From Patescibacteria group bacterium (GTDB lineage: Bacteria; Patescibacteriota; JABMPQ01; JAHIRA01): a DNA stretch of 64,000 nt. The position numbers and the translations under genes were made by a program. Under the pieces are notes generated by a model. It did no database searches. It saw only the letters and a program-made list of their open reading frames with translations, and was not told the origin of the DNA. This document shows positions 9,439 to 18,379 of the stretch, one piece after another. Within the stretch, counting starts at the first letter, position 1; the number at the start of each line of letters is the position of its first letter. The stretch is from the NCBI GenBank assembly GCA_018818205.1, contig JAHISJ010000002.1, forward strand, positions 3,895 through 67,894, written 5' to 3'.

Positions 9439-9783
9439 ATGTTAGAAATGATTTTAGGAATTCTAAAAGATTTTTTGTCGATTTTTTACCCCGTTAGACA
9501 GATGTCGATTGTGACCGTATTTAGTTTGATTATGGGACTCGTTTCATTGTGGAAAATCATTCAACAAAAACGTTGGAAGTACCGTGAGAACGGTATTTTA
9601 AAGTCGATTCCAGAAGATTCTCCCGAAGCGTGGGCTACGAAGTCCACTTTGGGAAAAATTGGACGTGAACATGGTGGCCATGTTCAGGGTTTAAAACATG
9701 TTATTAAATCAGAAGGCTTGTTTGGATGGAAAAAAGTTATCGAAGTTACTTATCCTATTCAAGAGAAGGCCGAGCAAAAATAA
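9439..9783 (+). CDS. small membrane protein (hypothetical)
   Basis: ATG at 9439 preceded by AGGAGGAAT. One or two TM helices (IVTVFSLIMGLVSLW). The track ORF 9094..9783 extends upstream through the transposase and is not credible. Confidence 0.5.
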   Translation: MLEMILGILKDFLSIFYPVRQMSIVTVFSLIMGLVSLWKIIQQKRWKYRENGILKSIPEDSPEAWATKSTLGKIGREHGGHVQGLKHVIKSEGLFGWKKVIEVTYPIQEKAEQK

Positions 9784-10030
9784 AGCTCATAGGCCAAAAC
9801 CTCTTTTGTCTTAACCTAACATAAACCTCCTCTCACAAGCTGGGACGAGGTGAAGGGTTAAAGACAAAGACAGGAAGGGGTTTCTCTACACTATTATACA
9901 TTACAAATGAAGCGACCTGTCCGCTTCTCTCCTGTGCCGGTCACGAAGAGGCGTGATCCGTAGAGGAGATATATGATGCTTTGCGCATCGTGCTTTAAAA
10001 AACAAAAAAAGAGCCGTTACCCGGTGTTTC

Positions 10031-12643
10031 TTATACCGATATTTCGGGATTTTCGGTTAAATAAAATAATCCTTGTATCCACTGGCCAAACCTAATAGGA
10101 ATGTTTTTTTGACCTAACTTTAATCCTAAATTGGCAATTAAACTTTGTGGAGCCTGGATGTAGAGATCAAATTGAGCTTCGGGAGTTGCTCTGTACGTAC
10201 GCATGATCTCCTCAAGAATCTGTTCCTCAATATACGTTTGTTCGTGTACGTTCATTAAGAGGCCGTTTCTTGAAAGTGAAAAATTAATTTCCGCTTCTCC
10301 TCCGCGTGCAGCTAGTTGTGTTCTAAGCGTTTCTGCCATATTGCTTCGACGACCAAGCTCAATAATGTATGTTTGGTGAGGATTTTTTGTTTCTTCCTTC
10401 TCTACAGTTACTTTTTCATAAAAACTTCTTTCCTCAATGGCATTAAAATCCGGCCTTTCTTTAATGAGGTTAAGGAGATCATTAACATTTTTCTCGAATT
10501 CCTCTCGTTTCTCACCCTGAAGATCAGTTTTTTTCTCATGTATCAGTACCCAAATCGTTTTAATTTCTTCCGTAGAAAGTTCGCGAGCAATAAACTCAGC
10601 CATGGCGTGTTGTGTTTCTTTGTCTATATCAAACTTTTGGTATGGCGGGTCTATTTTTTCTCGATCAAAAAAGAGAGGATTTGTTTTTGATGCATACGCA
10701 AGCGCGCAGGTTAAGAGATTGCCGTATTGTTCTCCCTGCGAAAAAGCTTCTCTAATGGGTTTTTGTTGCAGGATTTTCTGGAGTTTGTCTGAAAATTCAG
10801 CACCCTCATGTATAACTTTTTCAACTATGAGGTGATCAATAAATGATGACGCGGAGTTTTTCTCCAAAAACTGAAACATCGCTTTGTCTTCAGGCGTTGT
10901 TAACCAAGCAAAAAGTTTTTCAGAAGGAAGGTTAAAATAGGTGTTGCGTTCGGGACAATAGATCTTTTCACCAAAAGATGGATTTTGAAGGAGTTCTAAA
11001 ATGACTTTCTCTTGGAACTCTGGGTTGGCAAGAAGCGTGTCTCTTTCTTCTTTCTCTAAAGAATAAATCAATTTAAGCGCTCGAGCTCTTTGACCGTTTT
11101 CATTATATCTATCGATTAATTCTAAGTCAGTGTAAAGCGTTCCTTCTGTAACGTTTATTTGTGATTCTCTGACTGTTTTTAATGTATCTCCATACATTCC
11201 GGCACTGTAGAGTTCAGGCGAAAGGGACGTGCTTTCTCCGTCAACAAATTGAAGTGCCTTTTCGGGAAAACCATTGTCACCGGTTCCGGGAACAAAAACA
11301 ATGCGTGTGCCTTTAAAGCCTTGAGAAGTAGCAAAGTCGAGTAATTCTTTCTCGCTGAGGTGTTTTTCAGAAAGATACTCGGTTACCAATTCAAAAATTT
11401 CGTTTGGATGAATAGTGGTACCCTCTCTTTTGGGTGTGCCGATAAATTTGTTATGCCCACCGAACTCTTCACTACCTTCTTCTAAAACGATTTTTCCCTT
11501 TAATACTTCTTTTATATTCAAAACCTTTGCAAGTAAAGAAAGATCGATTTTCCCTTGCAGCGATTTGTGCAGTGCAATTTTAACCTGGTAACGTTCTTTT
11601 TGAGGACTCTTGCCAATAAGGACCGTTACGTCGGAAAGACGTCTACCTTCCTCGTCTTGGAGTTGGTTAATATTGCCAAAAACACCTTTTGTTTCAACGT
11701 GCGTAGCATCAAAGAGCGCAACACGTAGTCCCGTTGCTGTTTCATTCATCCTAACGAGTTCCAAGCCTTTTAATTCCTCGTTTCTTGTTTCAGTTTCAGC
11801 TTGCATGGCTTCAAGATAGGCAGAGAAACGGTCTTGTTTTTCTGCAAAAAGCAGTTGTGCTTCCTTAGAGTCTGATGCCGGCATATCGAGAGGAATATTG
11901 TCAGTAAACTCCAGTCCTGTCTCTTGAATATACGTAAAAAGATCATAGACTTCATTTAAAAGGGGTTCAAGGTTCTCCGGTGATATCGTTTTTCCTTTTG
12001 GCGTGTATTTTTTGATGATTTGATCAACAATTTGAATAAATCCACGACCGCTACGTTTCATTTTATGCTTAAATGTACGTGTTTCTTCACTTTGCTGGAT
12101 AAGTAAGGCTATATTTTGATATTCGGGTTTTGATCCGGTAAGAGCAAAGAGTTGAGCTGTCGCGGTAAATTTCTGCGTGCCGGTATGGGTAATAGTGCCC
12201 TGTTTAGCGTTGTATTGTTCGGGGGTAACCCCTTCTTCTTCTAAAAACTGGATTCTTGTATCAATGGATCCAGTTTCAAGGCCAACGCCGGCTAGTTGTT
12301 TTTTAAGCGTCTCAAGCTCCATTAGAGTGGGAACTTTCTCTCCCTGAACTTCAATTGCAAGAACGTCAGGGGAAGTAAGGTCATCTTTCTTGGTTCTTTG
12401 TTTAACCTCAATGGGTGTTTGCGCGGAAATATACCCTAAGTCGCGAGCAAGACAATAGCTTGCCAGCGTATCCATATCTATGTGGCCTAAAATAGCCCTG
12501 GAGAATGATTCACCTTCTTTCTTTGCAAAGTGTTCTGGAGAAAGAGTAATACCTTTTAGCTCAGGAGGAACTTCTCTATCCTTTTTTGTTTCCTTGAAAG
12601 CAGGTTCTTGTCTATGTAAAAATTCAGACATAGTATTAAACAA
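10031..12643 (-). CDS. large cytoplasmic orphan protein (870 aa, unknown function)
   Basis: Long uninterrupted ORF with no TM segments and no confidently recognisable domain. Weak DHH/DHHA1-like strings only (HIDMDTLAS near the N-terminus, FGGHNKFIG mid-protein). Confidence 0.6.
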   Translation of the reverse strand: MFNTMSEFLHRQEPAFKETKKDREVPPELKGITLSPEHFAKKEGESFSRAILGHIDMDTLASYCLARDLGYISAQTPIEVKQRTKKDDLTSPDVLAIEVQGEKVPTLMELETLKKQLAGVGLETGSIDTRIQFLEEEGVTPEQYNAKQGTITHTGTQKFTATAQLFALTGSKPEYQNIALLIQQSEETRTFKHKMKRSGRGFIQIVDQIIKKYTPKGKTISPENLEPLLNEVYDLFTYIQETGLEFTDNIPLDMPASDSKEAQLLFAEKQDRFSAYLEAMQAETETRNEELKGLELVRMNETATGLRVALFDATHVETKGVFGNINQLQDEEGRRLSDVTVLIGKSPQKERYQVKIALHKSLQGKIDLSLLAKVLNIKEVLKGKIVLEEGSEEFGGHNKFIGTPKREGTTIHPNEIFELVTEYLSEKHLSEKELLDFATSQGFKGTRIVFVPGTGDNGFPEKALQFVDGESTSLSPELYSAGMYGDTLKTVRESQINVTEGTLYTDLELIDRYNENGQRARALKLIYSLEKEERDTLLANPEFQEKVILELLQNPSFGEKIYCPERNTYFNLPSEKLFAWLTTPEDKAMFQFLEKNSASSFIDHLIVEKVIHEGAEFSDKLQKILQQKPIREAFSQGEQYGNLLTCALAYASKTNPLFFDREKIDPPYQKFDIDKETQHAMAEFIARELSTEEIKTIWVLIHEKKTDLQGEKREEFEKNVNDLLNLIKERPDFNAIEERSFYEKVTVEKEETKNPHQTYIIELGRRSNMAETLRTQLAARGGEAEINFSLSRNGLLMNVHEQTYIEEQILEEIMRTYRATPEAQFDLYIQAPQSLIANLGLKLGQKNIPIRFGQWIQGLFYLTENPEISV

Positions 12644-12787
12644 TTAGAATTCTTTACTCAATTATAGCATGTAAAAAAATCTTTAGAGAATAAAAACTAA
12701 CAATGCAAGATACATACTAGCCTAGTATGCTTTTATTGACTTCTTTCTGTTTTATGTTATGCTCAAAGGCACGTTTTTTGTGCTTTC

Positions 12788-13330
12788 TTGGAGGAAAAAA
12801 AGATGAAAACCGCCGTTTTTCTTGTTATTTTTTTGAACTTTTTTGCCGCTGAGGCTTCCTATGCCAAAGTTTCTATAAGAGTAGAGAAAAAACCCTCTCG
12901 AGTTTCTTTGGGATATAAAAAACTTTTAACCAAACAAGAACAAGAGTTCCTTATTACTGACGTAATAGCATGTATAAGAAGAGGCATGAAAATTTTTGGA
13001 GTAAAGGAAAGTAAACATCCAAGATATGGATTTAGTATTAGATATGCTCTTGAAGTTAAAAATGACAAAAAAGGACTATATTTAAGCGTAGATTTTTCTA
13101 CGTATAGCTCAAAAAAAGCATTAAGAGCAAATATGTGGAGCTTCTTTATTATCGAGTCAAAACGATATTTTCCACAACATCGTGTTGATTTTAGACAAGT
13201 AATGACATATAAGCTTTTTATGCTGTTCAATTTTATCGCATTGCGCTCAAAGAAGTTTAAAACACGCTGTTCAGATTTGTGCAAATGTCCAAAAGGATAT
13301 TCTTGCAAGATGACGGAGTGTGTTAAATAG
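12788..13330 (+). CDS. secreted small protein with Cys-rich C-terminus (hypothetical)
   Basis: Signal-peptide-like N-terminus (MKTAVFLVIFLNFFAAEASYA, probable start 12803). C-terminal CSDLCKCPKGYSCKMTEC. Upstream TTGACT-16/17-TATGCT promoter. Confidence 0.5.
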   Translation: MEEKKMKTAVFLVIFLNFFAAEASYAKVSIRVEKKPSRVSLGYKKLLTKQEQEFLITDVIACIRRGMKIFGVKESKHPRYGFSIRYALEVKNDKKGLYLSVDFSTYSSKKALRANMWSFFIIESKRYFPQHRVDFRQVMTYKLFMLFNFIALRSKKFKTRCSDLCKCPKGYSCKMTECVK

Positions 13331-13357
13331 TATTTTATGAAAATAGTTACTAGTAAA

Positions 13358-13392
13358 GAGACCTGCACGCTTGCACGTCTCTTTTTTTATTG
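13358..13392 (+). terminator. rho-independent terminator
   Basis: GC-rich imperfect hairpin AGAGACCTGCACGC/GCACGTCTCT followed by a T7 run. Confidence 0.5.
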
Positions 13393-13428
13393 CTATACTT
13401 AATTCAGACAAAACTAGTCAGGATATAT

Positions 13429-13875
13429 ATGATACGTATTTCAACAAAATCACTCTACGGGCTTAGAGCCATGATCTATTTGGCAAAAAAAGATCAGGTA
13501 TCATCAACAGCCGCTATTTCACAAAGCGAGAAGATATCGTACGAGTATTTAGAAAAGATTTTACAAGAACTTAAAGGGGCCGGGCTTATCATGTCTAAGC
13601 GAGGTGTTGAAGGTGGATACTATCTTGCAGGCAAGCCAAAAAGCATTACCGTTGGTGCTATAGTGCGGGCACTTGATGGTTCTCTGTCTCCAGTAAAATG
13701 TATTGATGAAGCCACTCACAAAAAGTGTCCTGAAGAAAGCGCGTGCGATTCTAAAATGGTTTGGCAAAAATTGTACGATGCTATGAATGACATGCTTGAC
13801 GCACTTTCTTTAGCTGACCTTGCAAAGGGGGGCGTGCAGTCAAAGAGAAAAAAGACACCGTGTACTAAGAAATAA
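13429..13875 (+). CDS. iscR: Rrf2-family transcriptional regulator (IscR-like)
   Basis: N-terminal MIRISTKSLYGLRAMIYLA wHTH signature and three clustered Cys (C-x7-C-x5-C) for an Fe-S cluster. Sits directly upstream of the suf genes. The track start at 13390 is probably too far upstream. Confidence 0.8.
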   Translation: MIRISTKSLYGLRAMIYLAKKDQVSSTAAISQSEKISYEYLEKILQELKGAGLIMSKRGVEGGYYLAGKPKSITVGAIVRALDGSLSPVKCIDEATHKKCPEESACDSKMVWQKLYDAMNDMLDALSLADLAKGGVQSKRKKTPCTKK

Positions 13876-13886
13876 CATCTATTGCC

Positions 13887-14612
13887 ATGCTAGAATTACA
13901 AAACGTTACGGTAAAAGCAAAGAAAAAAACACTACTTCATGATATTTCGGAAACGTTTGATGTTGGTAAAGTATATGCGATTATGGGACCAAACGGTTCA
14001 GGAAAATCAACACTCGCGCAGAGTATTTTGGGACACCCAGGGCTCACACTCACAAAAAAGTCCAAAATACTACTTCACGGAAAAGATATTACTGGTCTTG
14101 CAACAGATAAGCGAGCAGCAAAAGGCCTTTTTATGACGTTTCAAAATCCGCTTGCGATTGATGGTGTTACCGTATTCAATGTATTGCAATACGCTCTAGA
14201 GAAGAGTATGACCTCGGAAGAGATTAGAGAAAAGGCATACGTGTTATCTGAAAAACTGGGCATCTCTAAAGAATTACTTGAGCGGCCGCTCAACGTGGCA
14301 TTCTCGGGTGGCGAAAAGAAAAAGCTCGAGGTTCTTCAGGCTGCGGTAATTGATCCTGATCTTATAATCTTTGATGAAGTTGATACAGGAGTTGATGTTG
14401 ATGCACTTAGGCGTATGACTTTGGTCATTTCTGAGATGAAGGCGCGTGATCCTAAAAAAACAATGGTAGTTATTACGCATTACACACGGATACTTGACTA
14501 TATAACGCCAGATGAAGTGTTGGTTATGAAAGAGGGCAGTATTGTAGATAGGGGCCCGTATGCACTCGCTCAAAAAATAGATGCTGAAGGATATACGCAA
14601 TATGAAGGCTAA
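13887..14612 (+). CDS. sufC: Fe-S cluster assembly ATPase SufC
   Basis: Walker A GPNGSGKST, ABC signature FSGGEKKK, Walker B IIFDEVD. SufC-specific N-terminus LELQNVTVKA. Confidence 0.93.
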   Translation: MLELQNVTVKAKKKTLLHDISETFDVGKVYAIMGPNGSGKSTLAQSILGHPGLTLTKKSKILLHGKDITGLATDKRAAKGLFMTFQNPLAIDGVTVFNVLQYALEKSMTSEEIREKAYVLSEKLGISKELLERPLNVAFSGGEKKKLEVLQAAVIDPDLIIFDEVDTGVDVDALRRMTLVISEMKARDPKKTMVVITHYTRILDYITPDEVLVMKEGSIVDRGPYALAQKIDAEGYTQYEG

Positions 14613-15966
14613 AAAAAACAAAGACTCATTTGTATATAAGACAAAAAAAGGGCTTTCTCCAAGTACTGTCTCTGAGATTTCTAAACTAAAAAATGAGCCC
14701 TCATGGATGCGTGAAAAAAGGCTTCATGCCTATTCTTTGTTTAAAAAAAAACCGATTCCCTCGTGGGGCCCTGATCTTTCGAACTTAGATTTTAATTCAA
14801 TCACTTACTTTTTACGTGCAACAGAAAAAACTGAGTCAACGTGGGACAAGGTGCCGGACGATATTAAGAAGACATATGACAAGCTAGGGATCCCCGAGGC
14901 TGAGAAGCAATTTTTGGCGGGTGTTTCTGCCCAATACGAGTCGGAGGTGGTCTATGAAAATGTAAAGGAAGAACTAAAAAAACAAGGGGTGCTTTTTTGT
15001 GATATGGACACAGCGCTTAAAAAACATCCGCAGTATCTCTATGAGTATTTTGGCACACTTGTACCACCTAACGACAACATGTTTGCGTCACTCAACTCAG
15101 CGGTGTGGTCTGGAGGATCGTTTATCTATGTGCCCAAAGGAGTGCATGTTGACTTGCCGCTCCAGGCGTATTTTAGAATAAACGCTGAGCTTTTTGGACA
15201 ATTTGAGAGAACCCTTATTATCGCTGACGAGGGAAGTTTTGTACATTACATAGAAGGATGCACAGCACCGCAATATAGAACCGATTCGTTGCATGCGGCC
15301 GTTGTTGAGATTTTTGTCAAAAAGAATGCGCGCGTGCGGTACACGACTGTTCAAAATTGGAGCAAGAATATTTACAATCTGGTAACCAAACGTGCTAGGG
15401 CGGAGGAAAATGCTATTATGGAATGGGTAGATGCGAACATTGGAAGCGGAATAACCATGAAATATCCAGGCGTGTTTCTTGCAGGAAAAGGGGCAAAGGG
15501 CGAGGTACTCTCGCTCTCTACTGCCGCAAAAGGGCAGGAGCAAGATACTGGCGCAAAAATGATACATGCTGCACCCAACACGTCATCTCGCATTATTTCA
15601 AAGTCTATAGTTAAGGATGGAGGTGTGGGTACGTTTAGGAGCCTTGTTGATATGCAAGAAGGTGCCACTAATGCATCCTCATATGTGTCGTGTGATTCGC
15701 TTATCTTAGACGCACAGTCGCACGCACGCACGTATCCTTACATGAGGGTCAAAGAGGGTGATTCAACTGTTGAGCATGAGGCGACGGTAGAAAAGATAGG
15801 GGAAGAAAAAATCTGGTATTTAGAAAACAGAGGAGTGTCAAAAGAAAACGCAGAAAGCATGATTGTAAACGGGTTTGTTGACCCTATTGCAAAAGAAATT
15901 CCTCTTGAATATGCTATTGAGTTAAACCGATTAATCCAACTCGAAATGGAAGGATCGGTCGGCTGA
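14581..15966 (+). CDS. sufB: Fe-S cluster assembly protein SufB
   Basis: Conserved SufB core (ADEGSFVHYIEGCTAPQYRTDSLHAAVVEI...) and beta-helix C-terminal domain. The start is probably ATG 14602, overlapping the sufC stop. Confidence 0.9.
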   Translation: MLKDIRNMKAKKNKDSFVYKTKKGLSPSTVSEISKLKNEPSWMREKRLHAYSLFKKKPIPSWGPDLSNLDFNSITYFLRATEKTESTWDKVPDDIKKTYDKLGIPEAEKQFLAGVSAQYESEVVYENVKEELKKQGVLFCDMDTALKKHPQYLYEYFGTLVPPNDNMFASLNSAVWSGGSFIYVPKGVHVDLPLQAYFRINAELFGQFERTLIIADEGSFVHYIEGCTAPQYRTDSLHAAVVEIFVKKNARVRYTTVQNWSKNIYNLVTKRARAEENAIMEWVDANIGSGITMKYPGVFLAGKGAKGEVLSLSTAAKGQEQDTGAKMIHAAPNTSSRIISKSIVKDGGVGTFRSLVDMQEGATNASSYVSCDSLILDAQSHARTYPYMRVKEGDSTVEHEATVEKIGEEKIWYLENRGVSKENAESMIVNGFVDPIAKEIPLEYAIELNRLIQLEMEGSVG

Positions 15967-15976
15967 TTTTGATTCA

Positions 15977-16594
15977 TTGACCAAGAGATATCACATGCAA
16001 TTTCACGATATAACAACTGACAAAAAAAAGACCCACGTTGTCCAAACTCCCGGGACACATGTCTTTTTCTTTTTTAATAAAACAGGTGATCTCTCATTTG
16101 ACATTGAGTCAAAAAAAGCGCGCGTGTATATTTTTGGCATGTATTTAGGAAAGAAAAAAGCGCGGTTTTTTGTTAAGACTAGTCAAAAGCATAGTGTAGG
16201 AGACAGCACATCCTCATTGCTTATCAATGGTGTGTTTTTTGACGAGGCGGTATTTGCACACGAAGGCCTTATTACTATTCCAAAAGAGGCAAAGAACGTT
16301 GCAGCCGAGCAGTATGGGCACAACGTTCTTATGTCTAAAAAATGTTCGGTTGAATCAAAACCTTTTTTAGAAATCGATACACATGATGTAACATGTACGC
16401 ACGCAGTAACAACTGGTACACTAAATAAAGAGCAAGTACGCTATCTCATGACCCGCGGAATATCTAAGAAGAAGGCTCAGATCCTCATGCTCAGTGGTTT
16501 TTTTGAAGAGGTTTTTGCAAAAATGCATGACGTGGGAATAACAAAAGAAATAGATGCGTACAAAGAGAAGTTAAGAGAATATCAAACGTCATGA
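15977..16594 (+). CDS. sufD: short SufD-like protein (SufBD C-terminal beta-helix domain)
   Basis: 205 aa matching the SufB/SufD C-terminal domain (LEIDTHDVTCTHAVTTGTLNKEQVRYLMTRGISKKKAQ). Lies in the sufC-B-D-S position. Confidence 0.75.
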   Translation: MTKRYHMQFHDITTDKKKTHVVQTPGTHVFFFFNKTGDLSFDIESKKARVYIFGMYLGKKKARFFVKTSQKHSVGDSTSSLLINGVFFDEAVFAHEGLITIPKEAKNVAAEQYGHNVLMSKKCSVESKPFLEIDTHDVTCTHAVTTGTLNKEQVRYLMTRGISKKKAQILMLSGFFEEVFAKMHDVGITKEIDAYKEKLREYQTS

Positions 16595-17823
16595 TCAATC
16601 CTCACGAGATAAAAAAAGATTTTCCTATTTTTAAAAACAATCCCGACCTCATTTATCTGGATTCGACGGCAACGACTCTAAAACCCCAAGGAGTTGTAGA
16701 CGCATTAACAGAGTACTACGAGGACTATTCGGCTAGTGTGCACAGAGGACTCTATCCTCTTGCTGCGAGAGCTACAAAAGGCTACGAAGACTCGCGTGAA
16801 AAAATAGCAGCGTTTATTGGGGCGGCAAGTGCAAAAGAAGTGGTATTCACGCGAAACACCACTGAGTCGTTAAATGTGCTGGCGTATACGTTTGAATCTC
16901 TTCTTCAGGAAGGAGACGAGATTGTTACCACCGCAATGGAGCACCATTCAAACTTTCTTCCATGGCAGGCGCTTGCAGAGCGAAAAGGTCTTACTCTGAC
17001 GGTGCTTGACGTTACAAAAAAGGGCGAACTCAAAAATATAGATGAGGTACTCAAACAAGCAATTTCAAAAAGAACAAAAGTAGTGACACTCGCTCATGTG
17101 TCAAACGTAACGGGAGTAGTAAATCCCATTAAAAAAATTGTTTCTCGTATTAAAGCCGTAAATCCGGAGTGCATGGTCATAGTTGATGGCGCTCAGTCTG
17201 TGCCACACATGCCAATTAACGTGATAGATTTGGGGTGCGATTTTTTTGCGTTTTCTCTTCATAAAATGCTTGGACCAACAGGTGTTGGTGTACTTTGGGG
17301 GAAAAAGAAAATGCTTGAGATACTGCCGCCGTTTCTGTATGGAGGAGAGATGGTTGAGTCGGTGACCTGGAAAAAAAGTACGTATAAAGAGGTGCCGCAT
17401 AGATTTGAGGCAGGAACACCACACATTGCTGGTGTCATTGCTGCATCCAAGGCTACCGAGTATCTTGCAGGTATTGGGATGGAAGAAGCTCTCATGCACG
17501 AAAAAAAGCTTTTAAGCTATGGACTTTCTGAACTTGAAAATGCATTTGGAAGCGATATAGTTATTATCGGTCCAAAAGACACTTCTTCTCGCATCGGGAG
17601 TCTTGCTTTTTTATTCAAAGAGCATCACCCACACGACATTGCTGAGCTTTTAGGTGAGCAAGGAATCTGTGTGCGTGCAGGAAGACACTGCGCCGCACCG
17701 CTCCATATCGCCTTAGCAATTCAAGCAAGCGTACGTGCAAGTTTCTATGTATATTCAGATAGAAAGGATATTGATACACTTATTGAAGGGCTTAAAAAAG
17801 TAGATGCCATGCTTTCTAAATAA
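16591..17823 (+). CDS. sufS: cysteine desulfurase SufS (class II aminotransferase V)
   Basis: PLP-lysine region SLHKMLGPTGVGVLWG and active-site Cys loop RAGRHCAAPLH. Overlaps sufD by 4 nt. Confidence 0.92.
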   Translation: MINPHEIKKDFPIFKNNPDLIYLDSTATTLKPQGVVDALTEYYEDYSASVHRGLYPLAARATKGYEDSREKIAAFIGAASAKEVVFTRNTTESLNVLAYTFESLLQEGDEIVTTAMEHHSNFLPWQALAERKGLTLTVLDVTKKGELKNIDEVLKQAISKRTKVVTLAHVSNVTGVVNPIKKIVSRIKAVNPECMVIVDGAQSVPHMPINVIDLGCDFFAFSLHKMLGPTGVGVLWGKKKMLEILPPFLYGGEMVESVTWKKSTYKEVPHRFEAGTPHIAGVIAASKATEYLAGIGMEEALMHEKKLLSYGLSELENAFGSDIVIIGPKDTSSRIGSLAFLFKEHHPHDIAELLGEQGICVRAGRHCAAPLHIALAIQASVRASFYVYSDRKDIDTLIEGLKKVDAMLSK

Positions 17824-18183
17824 ATGACCATTTATCAGGATATTATTGTTGATCATTACAGAAACCCCAGAAACAAAGGGGTGCTTGAAGATGCAACAAT
17901 CAGTGAATCGCTTAAGAATTATTCGTGTGGTGATACTATTACCGTGTATTTGAATGTGCAGGATGATACAATAACTGATGTGCGGTTTAAGGGATCTGGC
18001 TGTGCTATTTCTCAAGCAGCTGCATCGATACTATTAGAAAACATTAAAGGGAAATCAATTAATGAAGTAAAAAAACTGACGTATAGTGATATTCAAGAGC
18101 TTCTAGGCGTTAAGCTGAGTCCAGCTCGTGTAAAATGTGCCGAACTTGCGCTTAAAGCAGTGCAAAAAGGCGTAACAAAATAA
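17824..18183 (+). CDS. sufU: SufU/IscU-like sulfur acceptor (NifU N-terminal fold)
   Basis: Conserved Cys-containing motifs [20 protein letters not shown] and ARVKCAELA. Confidence 0.88.
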   Translation: MTIYQDIIVDHYRNPRNKGVLEDATISESLKNYSCGDTITVYLNVQDDTITDVRFKGSGCAISQAAASILLENIKGKSINEVKKLTYSDIQELLGVKLSPARVKCAELALKAVQKGVTK

Positions 18184-18371
18184 TGTTTAAAAAGATGACT
18201 ACTACAGACAAAAAATATATCTGTACTGAGTGTGAATATATCTATGATCCCTATGTTGGAGAACCGGACAGTGCCATTATTCCAGGAACCCCATTTAATC
18301 ATATTCCGGAAAACTGGCTGTGTCCGGTGTGCGGCGCAAGAAAATCACAGTTTCGTGTGTTAAAAAAGTAA
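18183..18371 (+). CDS. rub: rubredoxin
   Basis: [12 protein letters not shown]...[10 protein letters not shown], i.e. two CxxC(G) knuckles with the canonical aromatic residues. Confidence 0.9.
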   Translation: MFKKMTTTDKKYICTECEYIYDPYVGEPDSAIIPGTPFNHIPENWLCPVCGARKSQFRVLKK

Positions 18372-18379
18372 GTGAACCT

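Noticed and set aside
9094-9783. 229-aa ORF starting at 9094
   Set aside because: Its first 58 codons overlap the transposase gene and the IS end on the other strand. A promoter (9334-9362) and RBS precede the internal ATG at 9439, which is used instead.
9784-10030. tmRNA, RNase P RNA or SRP RNA in the GC-rich spacer (and likewise in 19930-20493)
   Set aside because: None of the conserved motifs (tmRNA GGTTCGA T-arm plus tag ORF, RNase P GGAAAGTCCGG, SRP GGAAG-loop context) could be found on either strand. They are retained only as unclassified candidates.
10031-12643. The 870-aa protein as alanyl-tRNA synthetase (similar length, GGH motif)
   Set aside because: There are no class II synthetase motifs. 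The GGH string sits mid-protein rather than in a C-terminal DHHA1 domain, and the N-terminus is unlike AlaRS.
12859-13368. 169-aa minus-strand ORF antisense to 12788-13330
   Set aside because: The plus-strand ORF has a promoter, a signal peptide and a terminator. The antisense ORF has no RBS and is a Tyr/Leu/Phe-rich mirror-frame product typical of AT-rich DNA.
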